The notes beneath the pieces were generated by a model, which worked only from the letters and a program-made list of their open reading frames with translations, searched no databases and had not been told where the DNA came from. Of a stretch of DNA of 64,000 bases, positions 37,025 to 45,897 are shown one piece after another. The DNA is from an uncultured Christensenella sp. (GTDB lineage: Bacteria > Bacillota > Clostridia > Christensenellales > UBA1242): positions 71,170-135,169 of the forward strand of contig CAZMBC010000002.1 of the NCBI GenBank assembly GCA_964564685.1, written 5' to 3'. Position 1 is the first letter of the stretch. The number at the start of each line of letters is the position of its first letter. The position numbers and the translations under genes are program-made.

Positions 37025-37868
37025 TATTGTTAAAGAAAATATTTTGCGGCAATATAAAAACTTTGTGGCAAGCTTTAACCATAAACAATTTTTAAAAAAT
37101 GGAGGAGGAAATATGCTTTCTAATTTAATTGATGAGCAAACATATAATGATGCACTTAATCTTGCTAAACAAAGTGAGGTAAGTGCAGATGTGCTTAATT
37201 TGGTTTCTGAAATACAAAACCTTGACAGCGCTTGCGAGGTAAAAGAACCAATTTTGCAAGTGGCAGAAAGTGAAGATATGACGGTCAGCAATGTTACTAC
37301 CGAGCCAACTGAGGAAACTCTTATGGAGATGAAGTGGCTTGAAGGCGCTTTGGAACTTAAAAACAAAACAATGCTTGAAAAAAATGAGTACAAGCGCTTT
37401 GAAGAGATTAATGCTAACATGACAAGAGAGTTAAATGGCATATATGTTGAAACAGAAACGCTTAAGAAAGCGCGTCAAGATGCACTAAACTCTTTTGATA
37501 TAGCTAAAGTGGTGGAAATTGATGAAAAGTTAAAAAAACTGAATGGACTGTACAGCGAGAAGCTAAAAGAAGCAGATGAACACAAAAAGCAAATTGTTAA
37601 CTATGAAAAAGAGTACGAAGAAAAATATAAAGAACTTGAGAACAGTTTGCAAAATACAAATTTTAATACGGACAAGGTTACTATTAACAAAGAGCACTTT
37701 GGAAACAAAGTTTTAAACGATTATAAAAGTAATAAAACGCTAGAACTTGTTAAAGGTTTTTTAAGCAACTACTCTAAAGAAACAGCAAAGCAAATTTTGC
37801 AAAATACCCCTGCGCTTATTGAGAGTTTGGGCGGAAAATATGCAGATTTGCTAAAAGAGTATGAATAA
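37017..37868 (+). CDS. Coiled-coil hypothetical protein, candidate internal virion/ejection protein
   Basis: E/K-rich helical sequence; position after tail genes. Confidence 0.5.
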   Translation: MNSIVKENILRQYKNFVASFNHKQFLKNGGGNMLSNLIDEQTYNDALNLAKQSEVSADVLNLVSEIQNLDSACEVKEPILQVAESEDMTVSNVTTEPTEETLMEMKWLEGALELKNKTMLEKNEYKRFEEINANMTRELNGIYVETETLKKARQDALNSFDIAKVVEIDEKLKKLNGLYSEKLKEADEHKKQIVNYEKEYEEKYKELENSLQNTNFNTDKVTINKEHFGNKVLNDYKSNKTLELVKGFLSNYSKETAKQILQNTPALIESLGGKYADLLKEYE

Positions 37869-38116
37869 TGTGGGAAAAAATATTTAACTTGGCAATTTCA
37901 AATGGAATATGGGCGGTCCTTTTTTTAGCATTGTTGGTATTTCAGCTAAAAGATAGCAGAACGCGCGAACAAAAATATCAGAAAACTATAGAAAACTTGT
38001 CGACCTCGTTGGAAGTGGTTAAGGATGTTAAGGAAGATGTAAGCGAAATTAAGGCGCATCTTAACATGGTTTCGCCAAAATCCGATGTTAAAACGGAGGT
38101 TGCGGATGAAAAATAG
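37868..38116 (+). CDS. BhlA/UviB-family holin-like protein
   Basis: LAISNGIWAVLFLALLVFQLKDSRTREQKYQKTIENL is the BhlA/UviB pattern. Confidence 0.8.
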   Translation: MWEKIFNLAISNGIWAVLFLALLVFQLKDSRTREQKYQKTIENLSTSLEVVKDVKEDVSEIKAHLNMVSPKSDVKTEVADEK

Positions 38117-38684
38117 ATTTAAGACTTATGGGTTTTGGATGTCGCTTTCTAGTGCAATTATAATTTTAATACAAAGTGTGGCATCGCTTTTTGGCTACGA
38201 ATTTCAAACTACATTAATAGAAAACATAATTATGGCAGTGTGTGGTGTATTGGTTGTGTTGGGTATTGTTAATAAGCCCGCGCAAACCGAGCCACTACAG
38301 AATGAAGAAACAACACAAGATAATTCTGGTGCGTCTGATGAAGTTAAGGAAACCTTTGAAGAAAACTTGATGTTTAAAACAACTGATGTAGAAATGCAAA
38401 CATGTTTGTTTAATGACAAAAATGAAGAACAAAGTACAATTCCAGATATGTTGGAAACTGTTGAAAACATAGCTAAAAGTGTAGTTTTGAACAATGAGTT
38501 GCAAGTTTTTAAAAAAGAACCTGAGGCCATTTCTGTTGTGGATAATGATAATAGTAAAAGTGAGACAAATCTAAAACAATCAGCACAAAATAATTGTTTT
38601 GAAAATGTATCTTCTAATAGCGATAATGATATTATGATTGCCGAGCGAGTTCGCGTAAGCGATTCTGACGAAAATTTTCACTAG
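38106..38684 (+). CDS. Phage holin-like protein (two TMs) with long acidic C-terminal tail
   Basis: NRFKTYGFWMSL...LVVLGIVNKP resembles phiLC3-type holins; ~130-aa acidic low-complexity tail; RBS GGAGG before ATG 38106. Confidence 0.6.
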   Translation: MKNRFKTYGFWMSLSSAIIILIQSVASLFGYEFQTTLIENIIMAVCGVLVVLGIVNKPAQTEPLQNEETTQDNSGASDEVKETFEENLMFKTTDVEMQTCLFNDKNEEQSTIPDMLETVENIAKSVVLNNELQVFKKEPEAISVVDNDNSKSETNLKQSAQNNCFENVSSNSDNDIMIAERVRVSDSDENFH

Positions 38685-38734
38685 TTGCAATTAAAAAAAA
38701 GCCATAAGGCATGGCGATTACTTTAATATGGTTT

Positions 38735-38765
38735 AAAAAGCACAGCAAAAATGCTGTGCTTTTTT
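38735..38765 (+). terminator. Terminator closing the phage-derived operon
   Basis: AAAAAGCACAGCA-AAAA-TGCTGTGCTTTTTT. Confidence 0.85.
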
Positions 38766-38864
38766 GTTTGTATTAGTGCCATTTGTTGGATTAAATTAAT
38801 TAAAAGCAGTTTAAATAATTGCCAAAAAGTGAAATATGATTTATACTACAAAAAGAGGTGTTTT

Positions 38865-39815
38865 ATGCTTTACAAGAATACATTTAAACTCATGTTTTCT
38901 AATGCAAGTTTGATTTGGAAACTTTTAATATACTTTATTGTAGCCTTGGCTTTTGTTCTTGGCCTTATGTTTGTTGTTAGTTTGCCAATTTATGAGGTGC
39001 TAGTTGCGGAAGGTTTTTTTGAGGCTATTTCGGATACTTATTTTGACTTTATTACATCATTAAATCTTAAGGTTTTGTTTGAAAATATTTCGCTTCTTTC
39101 CACAATGTTTGTACAAATTATCATTGGCAACTTTACTAAACTTGTTGTGCCTATAATAGCATTCTTATTTGTTTCGATTATTTTAGGTGGTTTTGTATTT
39201 AACTTATATCAGATGCCAACAGCAGGTGTGCTAAACATATATATGAACAGCAATGTTAAGCAAGGTTTTATGACTAACTTTTTTGGCACAATTAAGCGCA
39301 ATTTAGCGTTTGGCGGAATGTATTTAATAACGCTTTTACCGCTTGATTTAGGGATATTTGCATTATTAGTTTATGCATTAAGATTGTTTAAGTTAAACGG
39401 AATAATCCTTGTACTTGCGCCATTTATTTTAATAGTTGGTTTTACGCTTTTGCAATCACTTAAACTAACACTAACCTGCGGATGGGTGCCCGCTATGGTC
39501 ACAAAAAACAAAGGTGTAATTACGGGCCTAAAAGGCAATTTTATTGTTGCAAAGCGTCGTTTTTGGCAAACTTTCGGAAATGCTTTTGTACTTGTTGTAA
39601 CGCTTATATTTATTAACGTATTTGGATGCCTTTGTAGTTTTGGTGTTGCGCTTATTATAACAATTCCTTTATCCTTTTTGCTAACCAGCATTTTTGGAAT
39701 GGTTGCGTATTATATGTCGATTGGTCAAAGGTTTTATGTTGACCCATACAATGTTATTGCTCCCAAAACAATGGAATATACAGAAAAACTTCGTACTCAA
39801 AAATACACGATTTAA
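38865..39815 (+). CDS. Multi-pass membrane protein of unknown function
   Basis: About six hydrophobic segments; RBS GAGGTG before ATG 38865. Confidence 0.75.
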   Translation: MLYKNTFKLMFSNASLIWKLLIYFIVALAFVLGLMFVVSLPIYEVLVAEGFFEAISDTYFDFITSLNLKVLFENISLLSTMFVQIIIGNFTKLVVPIIAFLFVSIILGGFVFNLYQMPTAGVLNIYMNSNVKQGFMTNFFGTIKRNLAFGGMYLITLLPLDLGIFALLVYALRLFKLNGIILVLAPFILIVGFTLLQSLKLTLTCGWVPAMVTKNKGVITGLKGNFIVAKRRFWQTFGNAFVLVVTLIFINVFGCLCSFGVALIITIPLSFLLTSIFGMVAYYMSIGQRFYVDPYNVIAPKTMEYTEKLRTQKYTI

Positions 39816-39838
39816 AGTAACCGATTGGTTACTTTTTT
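39814..39838 (+). terminator. Rho-independent terminator
   Basis: AAAGTAACC-GATT-GGTTACTTTTTT. Confidence 0.8.
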
Positions 39839-40118
39839 GTATGAGCGAATTGTAAGAAAATGGCGAAAGTTGATTTTAAAATTAATTCCAACTGTAATAA
39901 TTATAAAAATACTTGATTATTTTTGTTGTTTGGTGTAATATATATTCAGCATACATTAATAGGTTTTTGTTTGTGAGTTTAAAAAAACCTGTTTATATTA
40001 AAACTTTTTTGAAATGTCAAACTGGCCCAATTTGACATTCATTACATTTTTTATGCGTATTAAACCACTTGGTTTAGTAAATTTTTTGTGAGAAATTTTT
40101 ATTAATTAAGGAGAAAGT

Positions 40119-41786
40119 ATGAACAACAGAACACAAAATTTAAAACTATCGTTTTTAGGTGGCGTGGGGGAAGTTGGAAAAAACCTTATGGCGTTGGAGT
40201 GTCAGAACGACATTTTGATTGTGGATGTAGGACTTGCATTTCCAAGTGACGACATGATGGGGGTTGACCTTGTTATTCCTGACTTTACCTACCTACAAAA
40301 CAATAGACAAAAAATAAGAGGGGTTATTTTAACCCATGGTCACGAGGACCACATTGGCGCATTGCCATATTTACTACAAGATTTAAAAGTGCCTGTTTAT
40401 GGCAGTAAACTAACATGCGCTTTGGTGGAAAACAAACTAAAAGAGCACCGCAAAATATCTTGCAAACCAAACATTGTTAAAAATAACCAAACTATAAAAC
40501 TTGGTTGTTTTACAATTGAGTTTATTAAGGTTACACACTCGGTTAGCGGTTCATTTTCGCTTGCCATAACAACTCCGGTGGGTGTATGGTTCCACACTGG
40601 TGATTTTAAAATGGACTTTACTCCAATTGATGGCGAGCCTATGAACCTTGTGCGCTTGGCAGAGTTAAGCAAAAAAGGCATTTTGTTGCTAACAGCAGAT
40701 TCTACAAATGCCGAACGACCAGGTTATAGCATGAGCGAGAAAAATGTTGGAATAACGCTAGATGGTTTGTTTGCAAAAAATCGCTCGAAAAGAATAATTG
40801 TTGCAACATTTGCATCTAATATACACCGTATACAGCAAATTTTGAATTTGTGCGAAAAGTATGGAAGAAAGGTTATTTTTACGGGAAGAAGTATGCTAAA
40901 TGTATGCGAAACTGCTAGTAAAATTGGTGAACTTAAGTTTAACCGTGAGCTATTAGGTGACGCGAACAATGTTGATAAGATGGCAGACGAAAATACGCTA
41001 ATTTTGTGTACAGGTAGTCAAGGTGAGCCAAATAGTGCACTATCACGCATGGCTGATGGACAATTTCCTAAAATAGAGATTAATTCCAACGATTATGTAA
41101 TTTTTTCGGCATCATCGATTCCTGGAAATGAAGCAAATATTAATAATGTTATAAACGCATTATACAAAAAAGGTGCAGAAGTTATTTACGAACGCCTTGC
41201 CGATGTTCATGTATCCGGACACGCTTATCAAGAGGAACTTAAAATTATTCATTCGCTATTAAAACCTAAATTCTTTGTGCCTTGCCATGGTGAATTCCGC
41301 CATCTACAGGCTCATGCAAAACTTGCGGAATCTTTGGGAATGAACCCCCGCAACATTTGTATTCCGGACCTTGGTGATACAATTACAATTACAAAAAGCT
41401 CAATAAAAAAATCTGGAACTGTTCAAGCGGGAATAAAACTTGTGGATGGGTTAGAGGTTAGTGAGGCTGGTGGTGCAGTTCAGCGCGACAGAGCAACACT
41501 TGCAACCGAGGGCATATGTATTCCTATTATAACAATTTCGGCCTCAAATGGTAGCCTGACCAGCAAACCTGATATCATCTCTCGTGGATTTATTTATTAC
41601 AAAGGTAATGAGGATATTATTGAAGAAGCAAAGGATTTGCTTATAAACACAGTTATTTCTGCTGATTTTAAATCTCATGATTGGGCTAGCATAAAACAAA
41701 GCATTAAAAAAGTGTTAACAAACTATTTTTATAAAAAAATTAAGCGCAGACCAATGGTTGAGCCTATTATAATAGAAACTAGATAG
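40119..41786 (+). CDS. rnj: Ribonuclease J
   Basis: GGVGEVGKN, THGHEDHIG, HTGDFK, TGSQGEP, HVSGH, PCHGEFRH. Confidence 0.96.
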   Translation: MNNRTQNLKLSFLGGVGEVGKNLMALECQNDILIVDVGLAFPSDDMMGVDLVIPDFTYLQNNRQKIRGVILTHGHEDHIGALPYLLQDLKVPVYGSKLTCALVENKLKEHRKISCKPNIVKNNQTIKLGCFTIEFIKVTHSVSGSFSLAITTPVGVWFHTGDFKMDFTPIDGEPMNLVRLAELSKKGILLLTADSTNAERPGYSMSEKNVGITLDGLFAKNRSKRIIVATFASNIHRIQQILNLCEKYGRKVIFTGRSMLNVCETASKIGELKFNRELLGDANNVDKMADENTLILCTGSQGEPNSALSRMADGQFPKIEINSNDYVIFSASSIPGNEANINNVINALYKKGAEVIYERLADVHVSGHAYQEELKIIHSLLKPKFFVPCHGEFRHLQAHAKLAESLGMNPRNICIPDLGDTITITKSSIKKSGTVQAGIKLVDGLEVSEAGGAVQRDRATLATEGICIPIITISASNGSLTSKPDIISRGFIYYKGNEDIIEEAKDLLINTVISADFKSHDWASIKQSIKKVLTNYFYKKIKRRPMVEPIIIETR

Positions 41787-41804
41787 CGCGATATTAAGGA
41801 ATTT

Positions 41805-42386
41805 ATGGAAAATATTATTTTATATGCTAAAGAAAATCATATCCCAATTATACGTCCAAAAAGTTTGGAAATTTTAATACAAACCCTAGAAAAGTGCACT
41901 CCTAAACGCGTACTTGAAATTGGCACGGCAATAGGCTATTCGGGCATAAATATTTTGAAAAACACAAATGCACATCTTACTACAGTGGAATTAAATCCGG
42001 TTTTATTTAAGGTGGCAGAGGATAACTTTAAACGCTTTAATTATAGTGATAGGGTTACAATGTTTAATATGGATGCAATGCAACTTATTTGTGAGCTTAA
42101 GAAGCGGGGTGAAAGGTTTGATTTTATTTTCTTGGATGGTCCAAAAGGCCAATATGTTAAGTATCTACCTAGTTTAACAGATTTATTGACAGATGGTGGG
42201 GTTATGTTTTCTGACAATGTGTTGTTTAAGGGAATGGTTAAATCGGATGAATACCCACCACACAAATATCGCACCATTGTGGTTAACTTAAGGGAATTTT
42301 TAAAACAGATTAATGTTACACCATTAAAAAGCACATTGTTACAAATTGAGGATGGCATAGCAATAACACAAAAAGAGGAAAAATAA
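41805..42386 (+). CDS. trmR: O-methyltransferase, TrmR/YrrM-like
   Basis: LEIGTAIGYS, DFIFLDGPKGQY, DNVLFKG; precedes a U32 gene as in the yrrM-yrrO arrangement. Confidence 0.75.
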   Translation: MENIILYAKENHIPIIRPKSLEILIQTLEKCTPKRVLEIGTAIGYSGINILKNTNAHLTTVELNPVLFKVAEDNFKRFNYSDRVTMFNMDAMQLICELKKRGERFDFIFLDGPKGQYVKYLPSLTDLLTDGGVMFSDNVLFKGMVKSDEYPPHKYRTIVVNLREFLKQINVTPLKSTLLQIEDGIAITQKEEK

Positions 42387-43642
42387 TGGAATTATTAGCA
42401 CCTGCGGGTAATTTTGAAAAACTTAAGACTGCATTTTATTATGGTGCAGACGCTTGTTATATAGGCGGAAAGCAGTTTGGCTTAAGAGCATTAAGCGATA
42501 ATTTTGACTATGATGAACTAAAACAAGCATGTGAATATGCTCACAATTTAGGCAAAAAAATTTATGTAACCGTTAATATTTTGGCGCATAATGGTGATTT
42601 TGATGGTTTAAAAGAATATGTTGAGTATCTGCAAGAGATTGAGGTGGATGGTGTTATTGTAAGTGACATTGGTGTAATGAATTTTGTTAAAACTTACGCG
42701 CCAAAATTGGAACTTCATGTTTCTACTCAGGCAAATATTACCAACAAATTTTCTGCAAAAACCTTTTGTGATTATGGAGCAAAGCGCTTGGTGCTTGCCC
42801 GTGAACTTTCACTTAAAGAAATTAAGGAAATACGCGCGTTTATTCCAAGTGATGTAGAGTTGGAGGTTTTTGTGCATGGCGCTATGTGTATTTCATATTC
42901 GGGTAGATGTTTGCTTTCTAACTATTTTACTGGCAGAGATAGTAATCGCGGGGCGTGTGTTCAAGCATGTAGGTGGGAATATTACTTAACCGAAAAATCC
43001 CGCGCAGATAAATGCAACGGTTGCGCGCAATCTTATGAAATTCAAGAAGATAGCCACGGCACATACATTCTTAACAGCAAGGATTTAAATATGATAGAAC
43101 ACTTGAAAGAACTGGCAGACGCCGGCGTTGCTTCAATTAAAATAGAGGGCAGAATGAAAAGCCCATACTATGTTGCTACAGTAGTTAACGCATACAGGCG
43201 CGCATTAAACTATCTTTATGAATGCAACAAAACAGGCGCGGAGTATTGTGTGCCTGCTGACTTGGTGGCAGAATTAGAAAAGGCAAGCCACCGCCGTTAT
43301 ACTACTGGCTTTTATTTTGGCGCAGATGATAAGGAGTACACCCAAACCAGCATGCCTGTTCAAACACATGAGTTTATGGCGTATATTCTTGAGGATATGA
43401 AAGACGGCAAAGTGCTTGTTGAAATGCGCAATCGTTTTAAGGTGGGAGATGTGCTAGAAGTACTTTCGCCAACAGATGTGTTTAATAAAACCATAACAAT
43501 AACTAAAATGCAAAACGAAAAAGGCGAGGATGTTTTGGATGCGTCACTTGTTCAGCAAAAACTTTACATTTACACAAACTTGCCTTTAAATCAAGGCGAT
43601 ATACTTCGCAAGGAAACTACAACTAAAAATAATCTAAACTAA
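42386..43642 (+). CDS. trhP: U32-family protein (tRNA hydroxylation, TrhP/YrrO-like)
   Basis: MELLAPAG, HVSTQAN, FVHGAMC...GRC...C..AC, KIEGRMKS. Confidence 0.75.
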   Translation: MELLAPAGNFEKLKTAFYYGADACYIGGKQFGLRALSDNFDYDELKQACEYAHNLGKKIYVTVNILAHNGDFDGLKEYVEYLQEIEVDGVIVSDIGVMNFVKTYAPKLELHVSTQANITNKFSAKTFCDYGAKRLVLARELSLKEIKEIRAFIPSDVELEVFVHGAMCISYSGRCLLSNYFTGRDSNRGACVQACRWEYYLTEKSRADKCNGCAQSYEIQEDSHGTYILNSKDLNMIEHLKELADAGVASIKIEGRMKSPYYVATVVNAYRRALNYLYECNKTGAEYCVPADLVAELEKASHRRYTTGFYFGADDKEYTQTSMPVQTHEFMAYILEDMKDGKVLVEMRNRFKVGDVLEVLSPTDVFNKTITITKMQNEKGEDVLDASLVQQKLYIYTNLPLNQGDILRKETTTKNNLN

Positions 43643-43716
43643 ATTTAAAATAAATTCTTTATATATTATATTTTTAAAACGAATAACGTTTAGCTATTAG
43701 TTTTTTTGTTGTACAA

Positions 43717-43745
43717 GCAAAATTCGACAATTTTTAACATATACC
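43717..43745 (+). promoter_or_regulatory. Sigma-E-type promoter candidate with an internal Spo0A box
   Basis: GCAAAAT-N14-CATATACC; TTCGACA (reverse 0A box) at 43723-43729. Confidence 0.45.
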
Positions 43746-43764
43746 TATTTAAAGCGAGGGTATA

Positions 43765-44463
43765 ATGGTTATTGAGAGTTTTGCTTTATTTTTACAAAAG
43801 GTTATGCTGTTTTCAGCGTATGTAAACAACAATTCGTCTTTTCCAAAACCACTTACTGCCAAACAAGAGGCAGAATATTTAGAAAAATTTAGGCATGGTG
43901 ACCAGCATGCCAAAGAGGTGCTTATTCAGCATAACTTAAGGCTGGTGGCGCATATTGTTAAAAAATATAACGGCAGTGAAGAGGCAGATGACCTTATAAG
44001 TGCAGGTAGTTTGGGGCTAATTAAAGCCATAAATACATACAAAACGGGACACGGAACGCAGTTTTCTACATATGCGGCAAAGTGTATTGAAAATGAGATA
44101 TTAATGTTGTTGCGCGTTAATAAAAAACATAAAAACACTGTTTCGATAGAGGATGTTTTAAGCGCTGATAGTGAGGACAATGAAATTTCGATAATAGACC
44201 TTGCTGTGTCGCCTGATAATAATGTTGAGGAAGAGGTGGCAAACCTTGTGGTTGCACAAAAACTAGAGGGCATGTTAAAAAAACACCTTACAAAGCGCGA
44301 GTATGAAATTATTTGCATGCGCTATGGGCTTAACAATACACCTGTGCTAACCCAACAAGAGGTTGCTAAAAAACTTAACATAAGCCGTTCTTATATTTCG
44401 CGGTTAGAAAAAAAATCTCTTGAAACATTACAAAAGGTAATGAACAAAAATGATTATTTGTAG
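43765..44463 (+). CDS. sigK: Sporulation sigma factor pro-sigma-K, uninterrupted
   Basis: Hydrophobic pro-sequence then SFPKPL, HNLRLVAHIVKKY, ENEILM, TQQEVAKKLNISRSYISRLEKK. Confidence 0.88.
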   Translation: MVIESFALFLQKVMLFSAYVNNNSSFPKPLTAKQEAEYLEKFRHGDQHAKEVLIQHNLRLVAHIVKKYNGSEEADDLISAGSLGLIKAINTYKTGHGTQFSTYAAKCIENEILMLLRVNKKHKNTVSIEDVLSADSEDNEISIIDLAVSPDNNVEEEVANLVVAQKLEGMLKKHLTKREYEIICMRYGLNNTPVLTQQEVAKKLNISRSYISRLEKKSLETLQKVMNKNDYL

Positions 44464-44506
44464 CGGATTAGTATTTACTTTTTGGCATTTCGTGATATAA
44501 TATTTA

Positions 44507-44839
44507 TATTAGATAGACATTTGGTTGCGAGGTCCAACGACCTTGAGGAAAGTCGGAGCATCACAGAGCAGGGTGGCAGTTAACGACTGCTGGGGGCGAC
44601 CCCAAGGATAGTGCAACAGAAATATACCGCCAAGCAATTGGTAAGGGTGGAAAGGTGGGGTAAGAGCCCACCCAGACCTGTGGTAACATAGGTTTGCTGT
44701 AAACCCCACTTGATGCAAGATAAAGGAACGATATAAACTTGCTCGGCAGTTCCTTGTTACATCGCTAGAGCCAGCGGGCGACTACTGGTCGAGATAGATA
44801 ACCAATTAATACAGAACTCCGCTTACGGCTATTCTAATA
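44507..44839 (+). ncRNA. rnpB: RNase P RNA, bacterial type A
   Basis: GAGGAAAGTC, AGTGCAACAGAAA, GGTAAGAGCCCACC, ACAGAACTCCGCTTA; ends pair (TATTAG/CTAATA); extended -10 promoter just upstream. Confidence 0.93.
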
Positions 44840-44841
44840 AT

Positions 44842-44871
44842 AAAAAACCACTCAATTTTGAGTGGTTTTTT
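44842..44871. terminator. Bidirectional terminator
   Basis: AAAAAACCACTCA-loop-TGAGTGGTTTTTT. Confidence 0.85.
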
Positions 44872-45715
44872 ACTTAACAATTTTATTTATATTGTTAATT
44901 TCTTTTATATATTTCTGAACTTTTGTGTTCGTTGTTTTTGATCGTGGATATGTGTTAGTCAAAAGAATAGATTTTTTTTCATTACCCGCAACATTATTAA
45001 TTTCATTATTTCCAGCCTGAATAACTTTTTCAATTTCCGCCTTATTTGAGTTTAGTGCTTTTGCAGAGTGTGGTTTACAAACCATATTCGTTATTTCCGT
45101 GCGGTTAAGTTTTTTGGTTAGGTTGCAAATATTATCCACAACTTGTAACTTTCTGTTTAAGGCAAATATCTCTCCTTTTAACCTTGCTTGCTGTTCCATA
45201 TACTGTTCATCTTTACGGCAATACATATTTGCTTTTATTGCGCTATTAACCTGCTCAATAGGATTTAAGATATTAACCCAAAGCATGCAGTTTCTATATT
45301 CGTGCATATGCTTATCTACAATTGCATTTGGGAAATATGTAACATAACCTTTGTTAATGTTTTTTCCATTGTCAAGTTCGCTTATAAGTTCTAAAACATC
45401 TTCAGAAGAAAAGGTTGTTTTGGGATATTCGAACTTTATAGTTGAGTATTGCAAGTTAACGCTCTTGGGCATGGAATTGTTGTTATCTAAAATTCTACTT
45501 ACGCGTCTAATTTCTTTCATGTCTTTGCTTTCATTTGCGAAAATATTTAAAAGTGAGGGTAAACTAATCTTCATTTCTAAACAACTTACTTTTTCGTATT
45601 CGCCAAATTCGCTTATTTTTGGATATTCAGTTATTCCATCAGGCTCTAGTCCAAGGTTAATAAGCATGCCAATCACTTCGTTAATATTATAAATTTTTCC
45701 GTTAAAATCTTCCAT
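44870..45715 (-). CDS. Hypothetical protein with C-terminal coiled coil
   Basis: Open frame with RBS AGGGGG before ATG 45715; no recognised motifs. Confidence 0.6.
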   Translation of the reverse strand: MEDFNGKIYNINEVIGMLINLGLEPDGITEYPKISEFGEYEKVSCLEMKISLPSLLNIFANESKDMKEIRRVSRILDNNNSMPKSVNLQYSTIKFEYPKTTFSSEDVLELISELDNGKNINKGYVTYFPNAIVDKHMHEYRNCMLWVNILNPIEQVNSAIKANMYCRKDEQYMEQQARLKGEIFALNRKLQVVDNICNLTKKLNRTEITNMVCKPHSAKALNSNKAEIEKVIQAGNNEINNVAGNEKKSILLTNTYPRSKTTNTKVQKYIKEINNINKIVK

Positions 45716-45897
45716 AAAATTTACCCCCTTTTTATTTTTGCAACGCAATTATAACAAAAAATTTTTTATAATGCAATAGTTATTTTCAAAAAATAATAAA
45801 AAATAAAAAAGTAAATAACCCTTTATTTTTAAACTAACTTATTGTATAATAATATGAAGAAAAACTATTTAATATAACGAAAACATAAGGAACCATT

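Larger units (their letters stand above)
26213..38765 (+). mobile_element. Phage-derived head/short-tail/holin module with no recognisable integrase, repressor, replication or endolysin genes (domesticated prophage or GTA-like)
   Basis: Contiguous activator, TerL, TerS-like, portal, scaffold, MCP, adaptor, nozzle, holins; bounded by host-type genes and a terminator. Confidence 0.8.

Noticed and set aside
26213-38765. Calling the module an intact, inducible temperate prophage
   Set aside because: No integrase, repressor pair, replication or recombination genes, att-like direct repeats or endolysin were recognised, and it is only ~12.5 kb.
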